This document shows positions 32,107 through 40,986 of a stretch of 64,000 nucleotides of DNA, one piece after another. The translations under genes were made by a program, and so were the position numbers. The notes beneath the pieces are model-generated. The model worked only from the letters and a program-made list of their open reading frames with translations, had not been told where the DNA came from and did not search any database. This DNA comes from an uncultured Patescibacteria group bacterium. Lineage in GTDB: Bacteria > Patescibacteriota > Patescibacteriia > Veblenbacterales > UBA10138. The stretch lies in contig CALFUV010000008.1 in assembly GCA_937929825.1 (NCBI GenBank), positions 11,838 to 75,837 on the forward strand, written 5' to 3'. Position 1 is the stretch's first letter. The number at the start of each line of letters is the position of its first letter.

Positions 32107-33450
32107 ATGAAAAAGCAGAGTTATTTGGCTATTTTTATTATTTTGCTGGTGATTTTGGTTTGGCAAAAATCATCATTTTTAGCTAAGGCACAAACTACCA
32201 GCGAAGAAAAAGCCTCTACCCGACAGGTTTTGGAGCAAGAATTGCGAGATATAGAAGAACAGATCAAAATCTACGAAAAGCAATTAATTACCATTAAAGG
32301 GGAAAAAAATACTTTGCAGAATAAGATAAATCAGTTGCGTAATCGGCAGGCTGCTTTGAATTTGGAAATTAAAGCCACCAATCTCAAGATCTCTGATTTG
32401 GAAAGAAAAATAAATGTTACTTTGGCTGATATTTCTCAGCATGAATTGTTAATAAATTCATTACGTCAACAGTTAGCTGATTATATTCGTCTTATGTATC
32501 AGCGTGATGGTTTTCCTGTTTATTACACTTTTTTATTAGGCGGCCGGCTTTCTGACATGATGACAGATTTAGAATCCTATGTGCAGATTAGTGAAGGTTT
32601 ACAGTTGTTGGTTAAGGAGCTTAAAGTAACTAAACAACAATTAGAAAGTCAGGCAGCAGTTTTGGCTGAACAAAAAGATGATAATAAGAATCTGCTTTCC
32701 TTAAGTATTTTACAACAGCAGTCTTTAGCTAGTTTGGTTACAGAACAAAATACTTTGTTGCGGCAAACACAGGGTCGGGAAAGTGAATATCAAAAAGAGT
32801 TGACCAATACTCGTAAGCGGGCCGCTGAAATACGTAGCCGTATTTACGAACTTTTAGGTGTTAGCAAGAATATTACTTTTGGACAAGCAGTAGAAATTGC
32901 CAGTTGGGTATCTAAATTAACCGGTGTGCGCACAGCTTTTTTGCTGGCAGTATTAACCCAAGAATCTAATTTAGGCAAGAATGTGGGGACTTGTAATCGA
33001 CCGGGAGATCCTCCAGAAAAAAGTTGGCGGGTAATTATGAAGCCGGATAGGGATCAAGAACCGTTTTTAGCTATTACTAAAGAATTGGGCATGAATCCAG
33101 ATGAAACACCGGTTTCTTGTCCTATGAGAAATAAAGACGGTTCTCAATTAGGTTGGGGCGGGGCTATGGGGCCGGCGCAGTTTATTCCTTCCACTTGGCA
33201 GGGGTATAAAGCGCGCGTCAGCGCTATTACCGGTAATAGTCCGGCAAATCCTTGGGATATTCGGGACGCTTTCGTGGCGGCGGCTATTCTACTTAAGAGT
33301 AACGGCGCTGATGGTACTCGCGATGGCGATTGGCGTGCGGCTATGCGTTATTTTTCCGGCGGTACCAATCCGGCTTATAGTTTTTATGGCAATAGCGTTT
33401 TGGAACTCACAGCTAAATATGAGGCTGATATAGCTACTTTAGGACAGTAA
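32107..33450 (+). CDS. Coiled-coil peptidoglycan hydrolase with C-terminal lytic transglycosylase (MltB/SLT_2-like)
   Basis: Signal peptide, long coiled coil, LTQES, GGAMGPAQFIPSTW, ANPW. Confidence 0.85.
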   Translation: MKKQSYLAIFIILLVILVWQKSSFLAKAQTTSEEKASTRQVLEQELRDIEEQIKIYEKQLITIKGEKNTLQNKINQLRNRQAALNLEIKATNLKISDLERKINVTLADISQHELLINSLRQQLADYIRLMYQRDGFPVYYTFLLGGRLSDMMTDLESYVQISEGLQLLVKELKVTKQQLESQAAVLAEQKDDNKNLLSLSILQQQSLASLVTEQNTLLRQTQGRESEYQKELTNTRKRAAEIRSRIYELLGVSKNITFGQAVEIASWVSKLTGVRTAFLLAVLTQESNLGKNVGTCNRPGDPPEKSWRVIMKPDRDQEPFLAITKELGMNPDETPVSCPMRNKDGSQLGWGGAMGPAQFIPSTWQGYKARVSAITGNSPANPWDIRDAFVAAAILLKSNGADGTRDGDWRAAMRYFSGGTNPAYSFYGNSVLELTAKYEADIATLGQ

Positions 33451-33924
33451 ATTATTTATAATAATTTTTACATTTAGCATATTTTCTAAATTACTGCCCA
33501 ATTCTGATCTAAAAAATTATTACTGCTGAATATAAAGTATTAGATATTTTAGATTTTAAATTACCCACTTTCCCCAATTCATAAAAAATAAGTGAATTAA
33601 TTGTGTGATAAATTTAATTAGGTAGGCTAGGCCAATTAATCTATTTTCATTGTTAGATCGGCCATATTATTTTAGTTCCTTCCTTTTTTATTAGCATTTT
33701 AGGTTTTTATTAGAGCATAAGTAAAGTTGATTGTTACTTAATAGTTAACCGGTCGTAATAAAAATAGCAGGCCCAAGGATCCATATGCCGCTTAATAATT
33801 AATAATTTAAGTTTATGTGTCGGCTGGTTACTGTTTCTATGAATTATTTGATTATTATTAAATAAAGATTTGCTCTTTTATAGTTGGCAGTTTTGGGCTA
33901 GAATAAGGTAACTAAGATTACTTT

Positions 33925-34485
33925 ATGGACCAAACTGAATTAAAAGCCATTGTTGCTTGTCAGGCTGGAAGGTTAGATCAGTTTACAGCCCTTTACGAGC
34001 TTTATGCAGAGCGTATTTATCGTTTTGTGTATTATAAAACTTGGCATCGTGAAGTAGCTGAAGATTTAACCTCCTTAACTTTTTTAAAAGCTCTTGAACA
34101 TATAACTGATTATGATATTGGGCGTGGCAATTTTTCCTCTTGGCTTTATCGTATAGCTCATAATAATGTGGTAGATTATTATCGCACCGCTAAATTGGCA
34201 GTTGATATTGATGATATTTTTAATCTGGCCGCCAAGCAGGATTTATTCACGAAAACAGAAGTTAATTTAGCACTTGAAGAAGTAAAAAAATACCTTGGTT
34301 CTTTATCTTCAGAAACTCGTGATCTTTTGTTTATGAGATTATGGCAAGGGTTATCATATCAGGAAATAGCCGAAATTACCGGCAAGAGTGAAGGAGCTTT
34401 AAAAATGTCTGCCTCCCGTGCTCTGAGGCAATTACGAGACGGGTTTTCAGCTGTAGTTTTCTTACTTATTGCCAACTTAATTTAA
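33925..34485 (+). CDS. ECF RNA polymerase sigma factor
   Basis: AEDLTS..FLKA, FSSWLYRIAHN, LSYQEIAEITG. Confidence 0.92.
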   Translation: MDQTELKAIVACQAGRLDQFTALYELYAERIYRFVYYKTWHREVAEDLTSLTFLKALEHITDYDIGRGNFSSWLYRIAHNNVVDYYRTAKLAVDIDDIFNLAAKQDLFTKTEVNLALEEVKKYLGSLSSETRDLLFMRLWQGLSYQEIAEITGKSEGALKMSASRALRQLRDGFSAVVFLLIANLI

Positions 34486-34487
34486 AT

Positions 34488-36107
34488 ATGCCCCAAACCA
34501 TTCGCACAATTTTGGAAGAACTTTATCAGCTTGATCCGGAACTTCGTGCCCGGGAGGCTGAATTGGCACCGTTAATACTGCGCTTGGTTCAGGCTAAACC
34601 AAATATTAAACCATCACCTAAATTTTTCGTTGATTTAAAGGTAAAACTTATGAATAAAGAAAAAGAATTAATGTCAGTTAATAAAGAGTTAGTACAGGAG
34701 ACCAAATTAAATCCGTGGTTTAATTTAGCTTCTTTTATGCGCCAGCCTTATTTACTTACAATGGTGGCTTTAGTGGCTTTTATGCTCATTTTAATTTCCA
34801 GCTTACCCGGTACTATACGCCGGTTTAATCGGATTAATCAGTTTGAGCCGGGTATTACTCGTTTACCAAATGGCGCCTTTGGTAATTTATTAGCTGTATC
34901 TGATGGTACGCCGATTGGTTGGGGTGGAGCTGGTAAGACGACTAGGCCTTCTACAAGTGATATTCGTACAGTTACAAATCAATTTTCTCCGACGCCGGCT
35001 GGTTTGGGCGGGGAAGCTGGTATGAATCAGGCTATGATTTATCCTTATCCGGAGTACTCTTATAAATTTATAGGCGCAAAAATGGAAGATTTACCAGCAC
35101 AGGTTGATGTCTTGCGGAGAATTAAAAATGTTGGTTTATCCGTGAACAACAGCTTTCTAAGAAGTTTTGACGTGGGTAGTTTTAAATTGGATAGTTTCTC
35201 CGGTGCCAGTTTATCCCAAATTACTCTTACTGAAGATAAAGAATACGGTTATATTATAAGCATTGATTTTTTGGAAGGAATGGTGAATGTTTACGAAAAT
35301 TGGCGTCGTTGGCCACAGCCGTTTAATGATTGTCACGACGAAGATTGTTATCACCGCTTGCAAATTAGACCGGAGCAGGTGCCGGTTGATGAAAGTTTAA
35401 TTGCCATTGCCAACGCTTGGCTGCGCGAACATGGCATTAATACTTCTGCCTATGGTACGCCTTTTATACAAGATGATTGGCGCTTGTATTACGATCAAGC
35501 TGAAGATAAATCTACGGTTTATGTGCCAGATATTATCACGGTTATTTATCCAATTAAGATTAATAATTTCTCAGTATACGAATATAGCGGTAATCAAATA
35601 GGTTTGGGCGTGAATATCAATATTCGTTACAATCGCGTTTCCGGTATGTGGAATATGTCTAGTCTGCGTTTTGAAGCTTCATCTTATGAAGCGGAAACTG
35701 ATTGGGATACTTTGCTAAAATACGCTACGTCCGGCGGGCAGGGTTATCCTACGCCTTTGATTTACCCGACAAACGACTTTGATCAAAATAAAAAAGTTGA
35801 ATTTAATTTAGAAACCCCCACCATTGGTTATTTGAGATACTGGCATTATCAAAATGGCGATAATCAGGAGTTATTATTACCGGCCCTTGTTTTTCCGGTG
35901 AAACCGGCAAAGCAGAACTATGTTTTTATGCCCCAAAATGTTGTAGTCCCATTGGTCAAAGAATTTTTACAATCAAGTTATATTGATGGACCGGTTAAAA
36001 TAATGCCGGCTGTAGGTGTGCCTGATGTGCCGGTATCTTCAGATGGCAGTGGCGGTGTGACTGAACAGTCTGTTAACCCAAGTATTGAGTCAATGTTAAT
36101 TCGTTAA
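34488..36107 (+). CDS. Putative membrane-anchored anti-sigma factor with a large extracellular domain
   Basis: Starts 2 bp after the ECF sigma; short cytoplasmic N-domain, one TM, large C-domain. Confidence 0.6.
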   Translation: MPQTIRTILEELYQLDPELRAREAELAPLILRLVQAKPNIKPSPKFFVDLKVKLMNKEKELMSVNKELVQETKLNPWFNLASFMRQPYLLTMVALVAFMLILISSLPGTIRRFNRINQFEPGITRLPNGAFGNLLAVSDGTPIGWGGAGKTTRPSTSDIRTVTNQFSPTPAGLGGEAGMNQAMIYPYPEYSYKFIGAKMEDLPAQVDVLRRIKNVGLSVNNSFLRSFDVGSFKLDSFSGASLSQITLTEDKEYGYIISIDFLEGMVNVYENWRRWPQPFNDCHDEDCYHRLQIRPEQVPVDESLIAIANAWLREHGINTSAYGTPFIQDDWRLYYDQAEDKSTVYVPDIITVIYPIKINNFSVYEYSGNQIGLGVNINIRYNRVSGMWNMSSLRFEASSYEAETDWDTLLKYATSGGQGYPTPLIYPTNDFDQNKKVEFNLETPTIGYLRYWHYQNGDNQELLLPALVFPVKPAKQNYVFMPQNVVVPLVKEFLQSSYIDGPVKIMPAVGVPDVPVSSDGSGGVTEQSVNPSIESMLIR

Positions 36108-36125
36108 AATTTTCAGGCCCGTGGT

Positions 36126-36698
36126 ATGTTAACAGCTAAGGCGCGTAATTTAATATTAGGTTTTATAATCCTAGTCAGTTTTGGTTTTTTCTTAAGCCGT
36201 TTAGTTATTAAACCAATGCCGGAAGAAAAAATACCACCAACCATGCGCTTAGAAGTTTTTTATTCAAATACCGAACTTGATCCACCTGATATTTATGATT
36301 GCACACTAGTTTATCCGGTGGAAAGAGTGGTGCCGCGCCAAGCAGATATTATTCGTGTTGCTTTACAGGAATTATTAAAAGGTCCAACTGATGAGGAAAA
36401 AGACCAAGGCTATACATCTCCTTTTTCTGCCGCTACGGCCGATATTTTAGTTTCCGTACGCACTAGTGGCGGCACAGCTTATGTTGATTTTAAAGATTTT
36501 CGAGAGTTGTTACCCGAAGTTTCCGCATCTTGTGGTTCCCAACAATTCAGGCATCAGGTGGAGCAGACTTTAAAGCAATTTCCCGGTGTGGGCCGTGTTA
36601 TTTACGCTATAGAAAAAATCCCCCAAACTTTTTATGATTTTGTGGGCGTAGGTTGTGATTGGCCTGGTACTACTTGTGACGCTTCCCAGTTTCCTTAA
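36126..36698 (+). CDS. GerMN-domain membrane-anchored protein
   Basis: VYPVER...ALQELLKGPT...AYVDF...SCG...QVEQTLKQFPGV. Confidence 0.85.
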   Translation: MLTAKARNLILGFIILVSFGFFLSRLVIKPMPEEKIPPTMRLEVFYSNTELDPPDIYDCTLVYPVERVVPRQADIIRVALQELLKGPTDEEKDQGYTSPFSAATADILVSVRTSGGTAYVDFKDFRELLPEVSASCGSQQFRHQVEQTLKQFPGVGRVIYAIEKIPQTFYDFVGVGCDWPGTTCDASQFP

Positions 36699-36712
36699 AG
36701 TTTCCTTAAAGT
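36688..36712 (+). repeat. 11-bp tandem duplication over the GerMN gene stop codon
   Basis: AGTTTCCTTAA x2 followed by AGT. Confidence 0.9.
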
Positions 36713-36725
36713 AAAATTTTTAAAT

Positions 36726-36892
36726 CGCCACTTCTTTAAATAAGTGGCGCAAGAATCGCCGCCTCGGTCTTCGTGTCATGCAGTGCTCGCCGCACTCACT
36801 AACGAGCCCTATGCATAAAGGTCGTAACACGAGCTCGTTGGCCATTCGCGCGTCTTCCACTCTGCTACTAACACTACGACAGGGCGGCAGAA
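36726..36892 (+). ncRNA. Structured element copy A (candidate ncRNA or folded non-autonomous repeat)
   Basis: GC-rich short hairpin plus long interrupted hairpin; aligns to 55479-55646 with compensatory changes. Confidence 0.65.
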
Positions 36893-36970
36893 GATAGTTT
36901 CTACTGGAGCCTTTATTAGACACTAGTGTGTTATGTGTTCCATGTTATGTGATATGTGTATAATAAAGTC

Positions 36971-37738
36971 ATGGATTTTGGTTTGAACGTTTCCACTTTA
37001 ATTTTACCAGCATTTTTTGCCGGTATTCTAACTTTTTTGGCACCCTGTACTCTGCCTCTTATCCCCGGTTATTTGGCTTTTATCAGCGGGGTGTCTTTGC
37101 GCGAGTTACAGCAAAAAAATTCAGTTAGTTTACGTCGAAAGGTTTTTTTTAATGGATTATGGTACGTAGTTGGATTTAGTTTAGTTTTCGTTATTTTGGG
37201 TGGAGTTTTTGGTTCTCTTGGTTTGTTATTGGCGCCGTATCGATTACTCTTGGGCAGGTTAGGAGGTATAATAGTGATTTTTTTTGGTCTTTATTTAATT
37301 GGCGTGATTCGTTTGCCTGTACTTTTAGGTGAACATAAATTGCACTTAGAGCGTTTTTTACGTCCGGGCTATAAAACTTCTTCATTTCTGTTCGGCGCCA
37401 CTTTTGCTTTTGGTTGGACGCCTTGCATTGGGCCAATTTTAGCCTCCATTTTGTTATTAGCTTCTTATTCTGCTACTGCCGCCAAAGGTGCTTTTTTGTT
37501 GTTGGTTTTTGCCGCTGGATTAGCCGTGCCGTTTTTATTGTTGGCTTGGGGCGTAGGTGCGGTGTCGCGTTATCTTGTTAAGCTTGGGCCTTATTTAAAA
37601 TTATTATCTGTTATTGGCGGCATTTTACTGGTTTTAATAGGTTTTCTTTTACTGAGTAATAAGTTTGGTTGGTGGTTGCAATGGGCTTATAAAATTTTTG
37701 GTTTTTTAAATTACCAAGTTTTGTTAAAGTATTTATAA
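36971..37738 (+). CDS. ccdA: Cytochrome c biogenesis protein CcdA (DsbD TM family)
   Basis: FLAPCTLPLIPGY and FGWTPCIGPIL; ATG 6 nt after TATAAT. Confidence 0.9.
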   Translation: MDFGLNVSTLILPAFFAGILTFLAPCTLPLIPGYLAFISGVSLRELQQKNSVSLRRKVFFNGLWYVVGFSLVFVILGGVFGSLGLLLAPYRLLLGRLGGIIVIFFGLYLIGVIRLPVLLGEHKLHLERFLRPGYKTSSFLFGATFAFGWTPCIGPILASILLLASYSATAAKGAFLLLVFAAGLAVPFLLLAWGVGAVSRYLVKLGPYLKLLSVIGGILLVLIGFLLLSNKFGWWLQWAYKIFGFLNYQVLLKYL

Positions 37739-37741
37739 AAT

Positions 37742-37767
37742 AAAGCCGCTTTTAGAAAAGCGGCTTT
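37742..37767. terminator. Bidirectional terminator
   Basis: AAAGCCGCTTT / AAAGCGGCTTT between convergent genes. Confidence 0.8.
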
Positions 37768-37770
37768 TTA

Positions 37771-38331
37771 TTAAACGTTAAAGATTTTTATGGTGCTGTA
37801 TAAAAATATAGCGCTATATATACCAGCTACCACGTCGTCCATCATTATGCCAAAGGACTCCTGCATTCGGCTAAAGATTCGTGCTGGCCAAAATTTTACG
37901 ATATCAAAGAATCGGAAGTAGATAAGAGCCAGTATAAATACCAGCCACCAGTTTTCAATCTGCAACCAAGTTAGCGGCAGACAGGTGATTAACATTCCCA
38001 CTACTTCATCAATAACAATTTGATTTTGATCATGAATCTTAGTTTGGCCATAACAATCTGTTCTAGGCCCCAAAGCTCTTTCAGCAGCTTCTATTACGGC
38101 CTGTCCTAACAAGAATATTATTGCTACCCATATCACATATATTAGCCAGTGGCCGTCAGTTTTATACATGGTCTGCTCATTAATATCACGCGCTAAGTAA
38201 ACCAGTAAGGCGCAAAGAGGTAGGGCTGATATAGATCCGTAAGTTCCAGCCATGTCTTTGAGTAATTTGGGCGAAGGAATTAATCCACTACCAAACCAGG
38301 TAGCTATAGTGAGAACAAATAGTTTTTTCAT
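37771..38331 (-). CDS. pgpA: Phosphatidylglycerophosphatase A
   Basis: FGSGL, GTYGS, IVIDEVVG, FRFFDIVK, GIMMDDVVAG; SD AAGGAG; promoter TTGACG-17-TAAGAT (38407-38379). Confidence 0.9.
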   Translation of the reverse strand: MKKLFVLTIATWFGSGLIPSPKLLKDMAGTYGSISALPLCALLVYLARDINEQTMYKTDGHWLIYVIWVAIIFLLGQAVIEAAERALGPRTDCYGQTKIHDQNQIVIDEVVGMLITCLPLTWLQIENWWLVFILALIYFRFFDIVKFWPARIFSRMQESFGIMMDDVVAGIYSAIFLYSTIKIFNV

Positions 38332-38437
38332 CTTTTACTCCTTTATTGTTAATGAATAATTTTTGTTTTTGTGCCGCTATCTTAGATTAGTTCATAAATT
38401 TCGTCAATTAACCGAGCATAGGTTACAATTAGTTGGT

Positions 38438-39211
38438 ATGGAATTTATTTATGCCATTATTTTAGGCACAGTGGAAGGTATTACCGAATTTTTGCCCATT
38501 TCTTCAACTGGACATTTAATACTGGTGGAAAAGTTATTGAATATTTACCCCACTGATTTTTGGAAGAGTTTTATTGTAATCATTCAGTTGGGAGCTATTT
38601 TAGCAGTCTTAATTCTTTATTGGCGTAAACTTTTACTTAATGGTGAGATTTTTAAAAAAGTTGCCTTGGCCTTTTTACCCACGGCCATTGTTGGTTTAGT
38701 TTTATACCCCATAATCAAGCAATACTTGTTAGGTTCGGTTGCCGTAGTTTTATGTGTTTTGGCTTTGGGCGGCGCGGCTATAATTTTATTTGAACGTTGG
38801 TATAAAGAATTACCTGAGGCAGTGGGTAATCTTGATCTTATTACTTACCGACAAGCTTTTATAATTGGCTTGGCTCAATCAGTGGCGGTAGTTCCGGGTG
38901 TGTCGCGGGCCGCGGCCACTATTATGGGTGGTTTATTTTTAGGTTTATCACGGCACACAATCGTGGAGTTTTCTTTTTTACTGGCTGTGCCCACTATGGC
39001 GGCCGCTACCGGTTTTGATCTTTTTAAAATAGGTTTTCAATTTAGCAGTTCAGAATGGCTCGTTTTATTTATAGGTTTTGTTTTTTCTTTTTTGTCTGCC
39101 ATGTTTGCCGTACGTTGGCTTCTGCGTTATGTGTCACATCACGATTTAACGGCTTTTGGTTGGTACAGAATTATTTTAGCTGTCCTTTTGGCAATTGTGT
39201 TTTATATATAA
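38438..39211 (+). CDS. uppP: Undecaprenyl-diphosphate phosphatase
   Basis: VEGITEFLPISSTGH, IQLGAILA, PGVSR, EFSFLLAVP; ATG at 38438. Confidence 0.95.
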   Translation: MEFIYAIILGTVEGITEFLPISSTGHLILVEKLLNIYPTDFWKSFIVIIQLGAILAVLILYWRKLLLNGEIFKKVALAFLPTAIVGLVLYPIIKQYLLGSVAVVLCVLALGGAAIILFERWYKELPEAVGNLDLITYRQAFIIGLAQSVAVVPGVSRAAATIMGGLFLGLSRHTIVEFSFLLAVPTMAAATGFDLFKIGFQFSSSEWLVLFIGFVFSFLSAMFAVRWLLRYVSHHDLTAFGWYRIILAVLLAIVFYI

Positions 39212-39301
39212 AAACAAGCTCTAGCCTAATTAAGCTAAGAGCTTGGGTTATTTATAAATTATTTGTCCAGCAAGATTCCACTTTTTTAACCAATGCGCTG
39301 G

Positions 39302-39523
39302 TTAGTGTTTTATTTCACCAATATGAATCTTCATTTTTTGAAGGGTTTGTAAAATACTTAGATCATTTTTTTCTGCACAATTAAACTCACAAGAATACAC
39401 CGGGAAATAATTATTATTCATTCCCAATTTTTTAAGTTTAGGATGAAAACCTGTAATGTTTTTTAAGATAGTGTATAATGATTCTTCATTATGAGAAAAG
39501 TAAACAGTGATAGTAACAGTCAT
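39302..39523 (-). CDS. Hypothetical small protein (73 aa)
   Basis: SD GAGGAG before ATG 39523; promoter TTGACT-18-TAAGCT; hairpin at about 39214-39245 downstream. Confidence 0.55.
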   Translation of the reverse strand: MTVTITVYFSHNEESLYTILKNITGFHPKLKKLGMNNNYFPVYSCEFNCAEKNDLSILQTLQKMKIHIGEIKH

Positions 39524-39671
39524 GAGATTTCTCCTCATTTTTGTTTTTTGGTAAAGAGACAATTTTTCCTTCAGCTTAGATGATTGAATAGCCTAAAGTC
39601 AAATACTGGCGTGTTAGTCTTTAAAAAGCTATTATTAAAGTGATATTATAATTCTTAATTAATTAAAATTT

Positions 39672-39797
39672 ATGTATAATCCTTCCGAACCCCTACCGCC
39701 GATTGTCCTATTATTTGGGCTTTATTTATTATTTGGCGCCAGTTTTATGTTGGGCATGATGTCGGCCACTTCTTTATATTTTTTGGCTAATTTATAA
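39672..39797 (+). CDS. 41-aa hydrophobic small protein
   Basis: Not in the ORF track. MYNPSEPLPPIVLLFGLYLLFGASFMLGMMSATSLYFLANL; GC-richer than its flanks; TATAAT upstream. Confidence 0.5.
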   Translation: MYNPSEPLPPIVLLFGLYLLFGASFMLGMMSATSLYFLANL

Positions 39798-40103
39798 TTT
39801 CCTGTTTATAAACAGCTATATAAAATGGCCAAATTTTCAATTTCTTATATATTTTAAAGATAAAGCAGATATAATTAATTTATATTTATAATCTAGAAAG
39901 TGTTTTTACTGGTAGGAGTTGTTTGACCTTAAGTTTTTACTTTCTAATGTCTTGGGTTTTAATTTATTAAAATAATCAAATTAAGTTACAATAACTTACT
40001 TTGAAACTTATTAATCTGGAGCATAATATAAGTAATATTAAGACCATTAGAATTTCAGTCTTTTGTATTGATGAATTTACCTGGCCAACTATGCCGTGGC
40101 TAC

Positions 40104-40123
40104 ATTCGTACGAATAGTAGAAT
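40104..40123 (+). repeat. Palindrome-containing 20-bp site, copy 1
   Basis: ATTCGTACGAAT-AGTAGAAT. Confidence 0.85.
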
Positions 40124-40159
40124 GATAATAGTTTAAGTATTTAAGTGAACTTATATTTT

Positions 40160-40420
40160 ATGTCCGGACCAGAGTACACTTTCAAGGCCTTTGCCAATAA
40201 GCGCCGCTTAGCTATTTTAAGATATTTAATGACACACCCCGAGGCATCAGTAGGCGGGCTGGCTGATGCTATCAAATTATCTTTCCGTTCAACTTCTAAA
40301 CATTTGGCGATCTTGGTTGTAGCTGGTGTGGTGGAGTATGAGCAAAGAGGCAAGCAGATTTTTTACAAACTCGTTTCTTCTCCTCCTGCCCTGATTCGTA
40401 AACTTCTTACCCTTATCTAA
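40160..40420 (+). CDS. Small ArsR-type winged-helix protein without Cys
   Basis: FKAFANKRRLAIL...SVG.LA.AIKLSFRSTSKHL; ATG at 40160. Confidence 0.88.
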   Translation: MSGPEYTFKAFANKRRLAILRYLMTHPEASVGGLADAIKLSFRSTSKHLAILVVAGVVEYEQRGKQIFYKLVSSPPALIRKLLTLI

Positions 40421-40447
40421 TTCGTTGCATTTTTTTATTTAGGTAAC

Positions 40448-40467
40448 ATTCGTACGAATGGTAGAAT
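40448..40467 (+). repeat. Palindrome-containing 20-bp site, copy 2
   Basis: ATTCGTACGAAT-GGTAGAAT. Confidence 0.85.
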
Positions 40468-40532
40468 AATAACCTTTGGTTTGGGAAATAAAAAAGGATG
40501 GCGTTACCATCCTTTAATTTTTTTCTAAACTT

Positions 40533-40832
40533 TTAGAATTTGTATAGCTTTTTATTTTCGTGGTAAAAGCGAATACTTATGCTTGCCACAATAAAGACAA
40601 GATCAATGATAGCTAATTCTATCAAGTGATTGTTTTTAGGCAGGGTTACTTTTTGGGTTTGGTTATGCGCGTATAGATACGTCTCAGTTGTGAGACAGGC
40701 GATAAATAAGAATATTATGAATCCTATCCATAAAAACAATTTGCTTAATATCTTCAAGGTGCATCCTTTCTTTTGGTTTTGTAATGTTTGTCTTGGAACG
40801 TAAATTATAACCGCCAATTTCTTTCTAGTCAA
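40533..40832 (-). CDS. Hypothetical 2-TM protein
   Basis: Two hydrophobic segments; G-rich SD-like run before TTG; hairpin AAAGGATGG/CCATCCTTT downstream. Confidence 0.5.
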   Translation of the reverse strand: MTRKKLAVIIYVPRQTLQNQKKGCTLKILSKLFLWIGFIIFLFIACLTTETYLYAHNQTQKVTLPKNNHLIELAIIDLVFIVASISIRFYHENKKLYKF

Positions 40833-40856
40833 CCCCTCACCCTCCCCCTCGGTCTA

Positions 40857-40876
40857 ATTCGCGCGAATGGTAGAAT
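40857..40876 (+). repeat. Palindrome-containing 20-bp site, copy 3
   Basis: ATTCGCGCGAAT-GGTAGAAT; both centre bases change and the palindrome is kept. Confidence 0.85.
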
Positions 40877-40986
40877 AAGACATGGTGTCTAAACAGAGAG
40901 TTTAAGTGAAACAAGGGGGGCTGGATGGCGCGTTATATTAAGGTGTAGACTAAATAAGGAGGGTTTATTATTAACTCGCTTAATAT

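Noticed and set aside
33451-33924. Long intergenic gap with an SD-like AAGGAAGG and ATG on the minus strand near 33665
   Set aside because: The frame closes after 9 codons; possibly a decayed gene, but unsupported.
36726-36892. Element A or B as 6S RNA, SRP RNA, tmRNA or a known riboswitch
   Set aside because: No SRP or riboswitch consensus recognised, and the copies lie 3' of genes. 6S RNA cannot be excluded without Infernal, but no large central bubble is evident.
36720-36923. 67-aa reverse-strand ORF over element A
   Set aside because: Cys/Arg-rich shadow of the GC-rich structured element; copy B does not encode a similar peptide.
40104-40876. The three 20-bp repeats as a CRISPR array
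   Set aside because: Spacing of 344 and 409 bp with genes between the copies; no cas genes.
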